Origin: Histomonas meleagridis 2922-C6/04-290x | Lineage: Eukaryota > Protista > Parabasalia | Assembly (NCBI GenBank): GCA_020184695.1 | Contig: JAANOX010000126.1 | Location: 186,001-250,000 of the forward strand | Length of the DNA stretch: 64,000 nt | Direction of reading: 5' to 3' | Part shown: positions 54,657 to 64,000 of the stretch, piece after piece | Position numbering within the stretch: the first letter of the stretch is position 1 | Layout: each line of letters opens with the position of its first letter | Notes under the pieces: generated by a model | Told to the model about the DNA's origin: nothing | Seen by the model: only the letters and a program-made list of their open reading frames with translations | Databases searched by the model: none | Translations under genes and position numbers: made by a program

Positions 54657-56636
54657 ATGACTCTTGGCGCACATCCTTTTCTAAATGGAAACTTTGGTTT
54701 TCCTGAAATTATAGAGTGCCATGGAGAATACACCTCAATGTATTGTAGAGATAGTTCTCTTTTATTATTTCAAAAACAACAATTAATATCAAAAACAACA
54801 ATTCAATCGGTAAATAATTTATCTATTAAAGTATATTCATCTCCTTTTTTAGTTGCTACAAACTCATCTCAAACATTATGCATATATTATAAAGATTCAT
54901 TTCAGATAAAAAAAATTCCAATTTTTCTCATAGCTGAAAATTGTTCTATTATCTCCCCTTCAACCGTTCTCATTTCAGATAAACATACTGCATTTTATTA
55001 CGATGTTGCAAATGACAATATTAATCTTGCATTTTCAAGTCCTTATGAAATCATTAATCTTTATTCCACAAACGGGTCTATCTTTATTTTTACCTCGAAT
55101 TCTATTCATGTTTTTCGAGATTCTTCATCGTTATCAATTCCATTTCAAATTAATACCAAATCCAAAATTAAACACAACTATAACTTTACTTGTTTTTATA
55201 TTTGCAATGATTCCATCATTACTAAAATTGATATTGGCCCACATGAAATCATTAAATCATTCGAAATACCAATTCCTACAAATTGTATTGATTTTTGTCA
55301 GTGTGGAACTAATGACACAGAAATATTTGGTTTGTTTGAAACAAATCGAAAAACGCAACCAATTATTCGTAAATACACATCGCAAATTGGATGGGGAAAT
55401 TCTGTTGATGTGCCACAAATATCATCATTACTTGGATGTGGACGATTTTTTTTGGCTGGGTGTTTACAATATGTGTTAATGATGCATGAATTTTCCGATA
55501 TTGTTGATTTGATTCTTTCTAAACCACTTCATGAAATTATACATACCATCAAAGATATCGACCAGAGCATGCTTTCATTGCTTTTGATTTTTTATGGTAT
55601 TGATAATGTTTGCCGAGAAATGTTTGAAATTGATAAAAATAAAAAATCACTTGTTTCTGCTACACTTGATGAACTCTGGAATCGAGAATTATATGATCAG
55701 TGGTGTCAACTTGCAACTAAATGGCCTGAAATACTTAATGAATCGTCTAAAAGAATTGCTTATTTAGCCAAATTCCAAAGTGTTCAAAGTTACTCAATGC
55801 TACCATTTGCTAAAGTATTAGAAACGAGTGGTAGGTTTATGGAAGCCTTTAAACTTTACTTAAAAGCTAATGCTGGTGAAAACATTTGCGAAATTTTACC
55901 AAGCATTTCAAAGGATATCGTTCTTTACATCTCAGAATTAATGGAAACTTGTTCAATACTTTACAAATCAAACAAGGTGAAAACCGTCGAGAAAATCATG
56001 AGAAATATTTCGACTTTATTAGAGCCAGAAAAAATAATTCCTTTCTTAATGTTTGATTGGAATTTAGTGAATATTTATTATAATACATTTGAGCATCCTC
56101 CGAAAGATGTTGTAAATGCTTATATTGCAGCATTAGCAATATATAAGAAAGAAGATTTAGATGAGTTTCTTCATAACGAAAATCATCCTTATGATTCTGA
56201 TAAAGTTGGAGAATCATTGTTAAAATTAGGCTGTATCGAAGAATATGGATATGTGATGATGAAATCAGATCCAAAAAAATATATCGAATTTTTGATTTTT
56301 AATGAAAATTGGAATGAAATGTTCAAATATTTGCAAGGCCATCGAAATTGCATTCCGTTTGTGATTGAGAAAATGTGTTATGATGAAAATGATTTTGTTG
56401 AACTGATTAAACATTTCGATTCTTTGGATTTAAGATTAAGCCAACTAATAAATGCGATTCCAAAAAATGCGCCTGTTGAGTTGCTCATTGAGGGGTTCAA
56501 AAAGCTTTCGCAAATATTTCAAGCAATGAGAAATTCGGAAGAAACAATTTCCAAAATTTGCTCTAATGAAAGTTACGAAATATTTGACGATATGATACAA
56601 CAGAGAACAAAAGAATCTGTAATACAACTGAAATAG
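54657..56636 (+). CDS. Beta-propeller plus alpha-solenoid protein, possibly HOPS/CORVET (Vps39/Vps41/Vps8-like)
   Basis: Beta-rich N-terminus; DLDEFLHNENHPYDSDKV resembles the clathrin-heavy-chain repeat of Vps41/Vps39. Confidence 0.4.
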   Translation: MTLGAHPFLNGNFGFPEIIECHGEYTSMYCRDSSLLLFQKQQLISKTTIQSVNNLSIKVYSSPFLVATNSSQTLCIYYKDSFQIKKIPIFLIAENCSIISPSTVLISDKHTAFYYDVANDNINLAFSSPYEIINLYSTNGSIFIFTSNSIHVFRDSSSLSIPFQINTKSKIKHNYNFTCFYICNDSIITKIDIGPHEIIKSFEIPIPTNCIDFCQCGTNDTEIFGLFETNRKTQPIIRKYTSQIGWGNSVDVPQISSLLGCGRFFLAGCLQYVLMMHEFSDIVDLILSKPLHEIIHTIKDIDQSMLSLLLIFYGIDNVCREMFEIDKNKKSLVSATLDELWNRELYDQWCQLATKWPEILNESSKRIAYLAKFQSVQSYSMLPFAKVLETSGRFMEAFKLYLKANAGENICEILPSISKDIVLYISELMETCSILYKSNKVKTVEKIMRNISTLLEPEKIIPFLMFDWNLVNIYYNTFEHPPKDVVNAYIAALAIYKKEDLDEFLHNENHPYDSDKVGESLLKLGCIEEYGYVMMKSDPKKYIEFLIFNENWNEMFKYLQGHRNCIPFVIEKMCYDENDFVELIKHFDSLDLRLSQLINAIPKNAPVELLIEGFKKLSQIFQAMRNSEETISKICSNESYEIFDDMIQQRTKESVIQLK

Positions 56637-57275
56637 TTTCTGTATATAAAATTGTATTTATAATTAAATTTTAAAGTTTTTACTTTAAAAAAAATATTAA
56701 TTAATAACTAATGCATTTTTGATCTAAACTATTGATTAGTTGGATTAATGCAATTAAAGAAATACCTCCAAAAATTATAACACTTTTGGGAGACATTACT
56801 CTAAAACAAATATTTCCCTTTGTATTATCAAATTTTATATCTAATTTTATGATATTAGTTCTTATTCTAAGTGGTAGATTAGAAGGATTGCAAAAATTTA
56901 TTCAAACAATAAAAGAAAATGAAAGGCAGAAACTAAAAATAATATTACACATTCATAAAATTTAAACATATGTTGAAGTCAAGTATTCTTGCTACAAAAT
57001 GTCTGTAGATTAAATCACATAAGATACCATTTATAGAATTATTATCAAATGAACTTGAAATCATATTTATTGACTCCTCTGTGTATGCAATATTCAATTT
57101 TTTGAAATAATTCTAGGTTTGAAGACACTTCTCTTGTTTCATTTGTTAACTGTTCTATTGCAATGAGCGATTGCTACAATTATATACACAACATCTTAAG
57201 TTGATTTATGGGATTTCCTGAAAAATTAAAGAAATTAAAATCAAACATTTATAATAATTACAAAATCCGAAAATA

Positions 57276-57749
57276 TTATTCAACAGCTTGCACAGTTGTC
57301 TCCATGGTGTTCATCGCTTCCAGTTTTCTAATGGTCCACTGCCTAAGCTCAGTGTATTTGTCTTTTAGAATGGGAATTGAATCTACTAAAGGAGTAGAAT
57401 CAAGCTCTTTTGATGGAATGGTTTCGTACTTAAGCTTTGCAAGTGCACCATTTATTGATGATTTGCTTTTTCCGACAAGAATCCTGAGCTGACGAGTGTT
57501 TATACAAATTCCTTTATCGATCCATAAAATTCCGCATACTAATGATCTTTTCCAATCACCATCATCATTTCTTACGCAAAATTTTTGGATACAATTTAAA
57601 GTTTCTTGGAAAAATTCAATTCTTTTAAATCTGTTATATCTGTTATCTCTTGAAGAAAACCGTTCTTGAAGAGCTTGATACTGTTCCTTTTCTTCGTCTG
57701 TAAGAAGGTTAAAAAAATTTGGTTCTTTTTCTTTTTTCTGTTGCAACAT
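57276..57749 (-). CDS. Initiator-binding-domain (IBD, IBP39-like) transcription factor
   Basis: LTDEEKEQY..L...DWKRSLVCGILW...INTRQLRILVGKSKSSINGAL is the parabasalid IBD signature. Confidence 0.9.
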   Translation of the reverse strand: MLQQKKEKEPNFFNLLTDEEKEQYQALQERFSSRDNRYNRFKRIEFFQETLNCIQKFCVRNDDGDWKRSLVCGILWIDKGICINTRQLRILVGKSKSSINGALAKLKYETIPSKELDSTPLVDSIPILKDKYTELRQWTIRKLEAMNTMETTVQAVE

Positions 57750-58319
57750 CTCCAATAAAATTACTTAAGTCAAAATATTAACAGAAACAGTTAATTCGGC
57801 AATTTTAGCGCCATTTTTGCAAACGTACAATAAAAGTGCTACATACTTGAGGGAGTTTGTTTGAATTCTTTCTTGAAGAGATATATATTATTGAATTACT
57901 TCTTTAGAGTTATTTTATACATTTGGTAATTATCAATTGTTTATGATAAAATCAATTTTTAAAATTTCAAAAGTACAAATTATTAGAAGGAATTTTCAAA
58001 ATATTAAATAGTTTAAATAAAGAACCATAAAAAATCTAAGGAATTAACTTAGAACAGATAATTAATATTTCACTAAATTCTAAAAAAGTAATTCAAACTT
58101 GTTACACAGAATAAATAATATTTTTATTCACACATGTAGAGTAAAATGAAAAAATAGGCCAACGCCTATAACATCTAAAAAATTTATGGTTTTGCCCATT
58201 TTATTTCAAATCATAAGTGGTTCCAAAACTTTTGTTTTTGGATATGGTTCCCATTATTTCCATTCATTAGATTCTATTGTTGGGCAACTTTCTTTTTCAA
58301 ACACTGTTTATCAGAAAGC

Positions 58320-59690
58320 CTATGAATTATTGCATTTATTCTTTTTTATTTGTCTTTTTCCCTTTTTTAATAATTTAACAATTTTAGAATGATTTTGCTC
58401 TGTTGCTTCCATGAGTGCTGTTTTAAATTTTTTATGTAATTCCCAACTATTATAAAAAAATTTCATATTCAGAAAAAAAACATTAAAAAAAATATAATTA
58501 ATATTTTCAATATTCAAATCAATATCTTTATGGTAAAGAAGCAATTTAACTATTTTTATTTTATCACTTCTAGATGCATAAATAAGTGCTGTATTAAGTA
58601 ATTAAAATAATTACCAATTATTATTTTGTTATACAATATTATTAAAAGAAAATTTTAAATGAAATATATAAATATCTTTAACATTAACATCAATTTTTTC
58701 TTGTTCAAGAAGTAATTTAACTATTTCTATGTGATCTTCTATCGTTGCATGTATAAGTGGCGTATAAAATTGTTTAAATAATTTCCCAATTTTTTTATTT
58801 TGAACTATCAAATTATTAAAATAAATAAAAAATAAGACATTCAAAATTCTCTGTCATTAATTTCAATTCCTTTTTGTTCAAGAAGTAATTGTACTATTTT
58901 TATGTTACCTTTTGAAGATGCTAACATAATAGCTGTTTGAAATACATTGAATAATCTCCAAATATTATTTTATAATATAAAATTATTAAAATAAACACCA
59001 AATAAAACAAATAAATATGTGTAGCATTAATTTCAATTCCTTTTTGTTCAAGAAGTAATTTAACTAATTCTATATGATTATTCTGAACTGCATACATTAG
59101 TGCTGTCCAAAATAATTCAAATAATTTTCATGTGTTATTTTGATATAGAAAATTATTAAAATCAATATTAAATAAAACAAATAAATAACTTTAGCATTAA
59201 TATCAATTCCTTTTTGTTCAAGAAGTAATTTAACTATTTCTATATGACTATTTTGAACTGCATAAATAAATGCTGTTTCAAATAATTTAAATAATTTTCA
59301 TGTGTTATTTTGAAATACCAAATTTAAAAAATAAATACGGAATAGAACAAATAAATAACTTTCAATAATTTCCAAACATTATTTTAATACTTCAAATAAT
59401 AAAAAATAACCCAAAACTAAATATTTATATATTCTTAGCATTAATATCAATTCCTTCTTGTTCAAGAAGTAATTTAACTATTTCTGTATAACCATTATAA
59501 GATGCTAACATAAGAGATGTTTTAAATAATTTAAATAATTTCCAAATATTATTTTGAAATATCAAATTATTAAAATAAACATCAAATAAAACAAATAAAT
59601 ATCTTTAGCATTAATGTCAATTCCTTTTTGTTTAAGAAGTAATTGAACAATTTCTATAACGCCATTTTCTGATGCTCCCAAAAGTGCTTT
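58320..59690 (-). other. Array of 8 ankyrin-coding units (seven of 90 nt) separated by conserved non-GT-AG spacers of about 80 nt
   Basis: Units at 59601-59690, 59431-59520, 59187-59276, 59017-59106, 58847-58936, 58674-58763, 58503-58592 and 58320-58421. Consensus TAL..A..NGH.EIVKLLLEQKGIDINAKD; spacers of 80, 154, 80, 80, 83, 81 and 81 nt. Confidence 0.9.
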
Positions 59691-60154
59691 TACAAATGCG
59701 TAGAATATATTTTATATTTTTATATTAAACCCAATGAAAGTTAAAGCCAATATCTTCTTCATTTCTTTCAATTCCTTTTTTGATGCAAAAATCTTTGAGT
59801 TTTTCGTTGCTATCTAATTCCTTTGTAATTTTAAGTTCAATACATAAAAATAAATTTTATATTTTGAAATAAATCATTATAAACATTAAATTAGCATCAT
59901 CATCATTTTCTTTATTTATTATCTCTTGTTGTACTTCAACAATTTCTTTCTTTTTTTCATCTGGTTCGTTACTTGAAGATATTTCAAAATATTAAAATAA
60001 ATATTTTATCTAAAAAATGAATTTTTTCTTCATTTTCATTTTCTTTTTGTTCTTGAATAACATGTTTTTCTTTATTATGCTTTAATGAACCACTAATTTG
60101 TGTTTCAAATTTTTAAAATAAATTTTATATAAAAATAATAAATATTAAATAACA

Positions 60155-60963
60155 TCAATAAAAACTTTCATCATTTGAATTCTTTCCTTTATTTCGAACT
60201 TCTTCAGGATCATTAATAGGAACTACAGTTGGAACATACATATAGCTTGGAACTTCACCTTCACTTTCTTTCTTTTGAAGAAATGTTATCGAGTTTTTCA
60301 TTACATGTTCTACTATTATATCGTTTTTACATTTTATTGGTTTTCCATGAGCTCTTCGATGTGTCCAATCAAGTTTTACTCCTTCTTTCGTTTGTATTCG
60401 TTTTAACATTAAAAGATAATATTTTGATGAATGATTCATAAGAAAAACTTTGGAGGTGTTCCAAATGTAAATGCTCTGACATTTTCCTTATTCTCTTCAA
60501 AGTGTAATATTGCCGCACAAATTGCTGATACTGCACCTCCAATAGAATGTCCAAAAAATATTAATTCTTTACATTCATCAATTTTAATCTCGAGTTTTAT
60601 TTTTTCTACAATTGTTTTAGCTGCATTAAAATATCCTCCATGAATATCATATCCAGAAATTGCATTCTCAAATGGTTTGTTCTTATTCGATATTCGTGCA
60701 TCTTTAAATGAAGTGAGATTAGAACCTCTTATCCAAACAAAATAAGATTCTTTCCCATCTTCATTTGTATAAGAAAGTATACGAAAATCAGGATGTGTAT
60801 CCTTATAAAAAATATCTGATACGTTAAAAGTATATTTGCTTTTATTGATTAATGTATACTCTTGAATAAATGATTCATCATCATCATGTTTTCTAATTTT
60901 TTCATATAATTCAATAAGATCAATAGACGATATTGTTTCTGTGATATTTGGGATTTCGATCAT
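60155..60963 (-). pseudogene. Class 3 lipase-like gene, frameshifted at about 60440
   Basis: VWIRGS, IHGGY, FFGHSIGGAVS and TFGTPP motifs, then a stop. The downstream frame (60155-60439) has KNDII..HVM, candidate Asp/His triad residues. Confidence 0.75.
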
Positions 60964-61073
60964 TTATAATGAGATAAGGCATATTTTCAGGTAAAAATTC
61001 AATTGATAGCTGTTCAATGGCATATATTTTTAACAGAATCTTTGACATAAAGAATTCAAATTTCACTAGCGAA

Positions 61074-61097
61074 TTTTACAACGGAGTCGACCCTTAA
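61074..61097 (-). mobile_element. TIR-like terminus TTAA|GGGTCGACTCCGTTGTAAAA (read on minus strand)
   Basis: Inverted near-copy of 22858-22885; lies about 130 nt upstream of the lipase ATG. Confidence 0.45.
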
Positions 61098-61495
61098 AAA
61101 AGTGACGCGTTTTGCTTGGATTATAATCTGATGCAAGAAATTACTCAATAAGTATTATATTGAAAGCTATAAAAACTTTTAATGGAGTTTGTATTCTAGG
61201 AAGAAAATATAAATAACACGAATAATTTTTTTAATCATTTATATAAATGATATAAAGATATAGCAATAATAAATTTTCTTTATTAAAATAGAAAACATCA
61301 GATTTTTTTAGATTAAACTTTTCATATAATTATTATTTATTATAATTTTCTGTTTAAGGAGACTTCATCAGTAATTTCTTCTTTGGTACAAATTATGAAT
61401 TTATTATTTTACCAAATGTTTTTTGACTTGATATACATTAATTATTTGGAAAAATATTTCAAGTGGATTAAAACTATTAATAAATATTTCAATTT

Positions 61496-62536
61496 TTACT
61501 TCTGTATTTTTACAAGGAAACTATTTATATGAAGTAAAGCAAACCTTGATATAGGAATCATATCAGAATTATATAACACATTAAAAGGTGCAATTCCACC
61601 TGTGAATGGGCAAATTGAGTCAAGTTTTGTTACTCTTTCGCACAAAGGGAAAAGTTTTACTATTGGATCAAAAGCGTTTTGATTTTGATCTCCTTCTTGT
61701 GCAGAAGCGATTACTAATTTTCCCGAATTCGCAATTTTATCCGCCCAATCAGCAATATATTCAAAGCATTCAGCTTGGTCGATTCCGATCACGTCATAAT
61801 TTTTTAATTCATCCAAAGATGGCAGTTGTGTAATACTTTTTACTTCAACTCTTTGATCCTTCGGCGGTTCGAATTTTTTATGATATAATAAAATCGGATT
61901 TTTCTTTGCTATTTTATATCTAAATAAAACTCTTATTAATTCCGTAGTTTTTCCCGACTTTACGGGCCCAATTATTAAATGTATTTCTCCATTAGTATTT
62001 ATACCAAAAAAAGATTTACGTGAAGCAGCGCGATACATATTCGCACCGCCAATTAATTCTATTTCATCAGATTTAATCGTGCGTTGTGTAAACGATGCTT
62101 CGCTTCCCGTTTCAGTACAAATCGCAGTGAGCTTTGTGATTTTCTCACACTTAGATATTAAATATATTAAATTCCCAAATGGCTTTCGTTGATATGTTCC
62201 ATCTAAACCAGCTATAATTACAACTTTCCCATTATTGGCAAGTTTTTCAGAAAATTCGACAATGTCTGGAAAGAATTGACCTTCATCAACTCCAATAACA
62301 TCATATTTCGAACACATTTCATAACATGGTATAAGTAAATTTGTGGAAAATGCACTTTGCGTGTTCATATCATGTGTGGAAACTTTATCTGTGGAATAGC
62401 GATCATCTTTAGCATATTTAATGATGATACACTGAAAACGTGCTAATTCAGCACGTTTGATACGTCGTAAGAGTTCTGTTGTCTTTCCAGCAAACATAGG
62501 ACCAAAAATTAGCTCGATCCTTCCTGGAAAATACAT
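61496..62536 (-). CDS. TK: Thymidine kinase with two tandem TK domains
   Basis: Domain 1: GPMFAGKT, DEGQF, AGLDG.Y.R.PF. Domain 2 degenerate: GPVKSGKT, DQAECF. Confidence 0.9.
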   Translation of the reverse strand: MYFPGRIELIFGPMFAGKTTELLRRIKRAELARFQCIIIKYAKDDRYSTDKVSTHDMNTQSAFSTNLLIPCYEMCSKYDVIGVDEGQFFPDIVEFSEKLANNGKVVIIAGLDGTYQRKPFGNLIYLISKCEKITKLTAICTETGSEASFTQRTIKSDEIELIGGANMYRAASRKSFFGINTNGEIHLIIGPVKSGKTTELIRVLFRYKIAKKNPILLYHKKFEPPKDQRVEVKSITQLPSLDELKNYDVIGIDQAECFEYIADWADKIANSGKLVIASAQEGDQNQNAFDPIVKLFPLCERVTKLDSICPFTGGIAPFNVLYNSDMIPISRFALLHINSFLVKIQK

Positions 62537-63220
62537 TTTAAAAAATGAGCAACCGCGGGCAACTCATTTTTGGGCGCCATATAAAAAAGTAAATTTATTT
62601 CATTGAATGAGATGATTAAAAATTAAAATAAATAATTCTATGATATAAAACAAAATTTTAAACTTAAATGCAAGTGATAATATAAAAAGATCATGTAAAA
62701 AATATATCAAATTATTTTTGAAATGCAAAACACTATTTTTTCATATTAGTAGAACAACTTTCTATTCTTATACATAAGAACTGAGTTTCGAATCTTATAA
62801 TCTCGTAGATAATAAAAAAATTAAATTCTTCAAAAGCATTTGTAAAAACGAACTTTCAATATAACACCGATAATATTTTTCTGAAAAAACGTTTTTTCAA
62901 TCAATTGAATTTTCTTATCGGCTTTCTTACTCTTTCCTACCATTCGAAATTTACATATGGTTGCAGGGAATTCTTGTGTATTTTTCGAAGTTGATGAATT
63001 AAATAGGAATGTGACCATATATTTTCTTGCAAAAAATTTCTATGCAGTGAATCCAACTCCGCCTTGGCCGATCATTTTTTTATTGTTAGCCACTCAATCA
63101 ACTTCTAAAAATCCACAAAATTTCCTGCTCCCTGTTTCTTATTGTTAAGCAATTCTTCATAAGGCACAAAATCACTTCAATGTATAGCATTCGTTATTTC
63201 ATAAAAGCTTTAAATTTTAT

Positions 63221-64000
63221 TTATTGAATTTGTACTGTTCCATCCTTCTTTCTTATCATTATCACAACGAATATAACAACAGCTATAATTGCGACCACAG
63301 CAACCACGCATCCGATGATAATGCCTACCTTTGAATGTGATCCGTCTTCTTTTGTTGTTAGTTCGTACACGTAGACTCTTGAGTATGGCTTTGGCTTTGT
63401 TTCCATTCCTTTTCCTGACTTCGACATTGCTCCTACGATGAACTTGGAACATTGTTCCGAATCCCAATCAAAGTCAGAAGCGAATATGATATATTGTTCT
63501 TCATACGATACAGTTGTACCTGGATATGAAATTTTCGGATCATAAATTGTTTGGAATATTTCGTATTGTTTTGTTGCAGCATTTTGTTGATATATTTTAA
63601 TGTATATACTATCTTCGCTACCGAAGAGTACACTTAAGAAGTTATTCTCGCCAGCCGAGCAGAAGAACATGTCGCTGATAGATTCATTACCTAACTGAAT
63701 GATTTGTTGTGGCGTTTTGCTCCATAAGTTTCCATCGCCACGTGCAAGGATGAAAATGGCATTAGATTTATCAGTCTTATGATTACTTGCATATAGCGCA
63801 ATGAGGGCATCGTCTTGTTTGATCCTAAATGTGGTGCTCATTCCGAAGTATTCATAATCGTCTGCACCATTACATGTGATTTCGTCTTGCGCTTGCCAGT
63901 CGTTGTTTCGATATGTGTATGGAAAGACACCGGAAAGACCGCCGCTGTTCTGTGTGGTGGTGGTGACATATAATGAGTCTGTTCCATAGAAGTCTAGTGT
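63221..64000 (-). CDS. Type I single-pass membrane protein, C-terminal part (open to window end)
   Basis: The frame of track ORF 63221-63841 stays open to base 64000 (TLDFYGTDSLYVTTTTQNSGG...DDYEYFGMST). TM helix GIIIGCVVAVVAIIAVVIFVVIMI followed by RKK. Confidence 0.8.
   Translation of the reverse strand, partial: TLDFYGTDSLYVTTTTQNSGGLSGVFPYTYRNNDWQAQDEITCNGADDYEYFGMSTTFRIKQDDALIALYASNHKTDKSNAIFILARGDGNLWSKTPQQIIQLGNESISDMFFCSAGENNFLSVLFGSEDSIYIKIYQQNAATKQYEIFQTIYDPKISYPGTTVSYEEQYIIFASDFDWDSEQCSKFIVGAMSKSGKGMETKPKPYSRVYVYELTTKEDGSHSKVGIIIGCVVAVVAIIAVVIFVVIMIRKKDGTVQIQ

Noticed and set aside
56732-56965. 77-aa ORF between the Vps-like and IBD genes
   Set aside because: TTG start, no motif; probably decayed sequence.
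58320-59690. CRISPR-like repeat-spacer array
   Set aside because: Repeats are 90-nt protein-coding ankyrin units, the spacers are homologous to one another, the context is eukaryotic and there are no cas genes.

Overview
AT-rich, gene-dense, essentially intron-free eukaryotic DNA from a parabasalid (trichomonad relative). Evidence for this: an initiator-binding-domain (IBD) gene, DUF3447/ankyrin and BspA-like genes, and Trichomonas-type Inr/M3/M5 promoter motifs. The species cannot be fixed from the sequence alone. About 30 ordinary genes are present (BiP, RPL38, profilin, actin-like, NAPRT, RasGEF, RAD23, DENN, Cdc20/Cdh1, RIC1-like, BRO1, mitochondrial-type carrier, RNase Z, tandem thymidine kinase and others), plus a decayed Merlin/ISXO2-type transposase and several frameshifted genes. 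The most unusual signal is at 58320-59690 on the minus strand. Eight ankyrin repeats (seven of exactly 90 nt, all stop-free) are interrupted at the same position by a conserved spacer of about 80 nt. The spacer is AT-rich, lacks conserved GT-AG ends and usually breaks the frame. The same spacer family recurs at about 23.4-23.8 kb and about 15.3-15.6 kb. Two of these loci start just inside near-identical TTAA-flanked, TIR-like termini (22858 on +, 61097 on -). This may be an undescribed non-canonical intron or bypass system carried by a mobile element. It cannot be proven without transcript data. All translations, alignments and family calls were made by eye, with no database searches.
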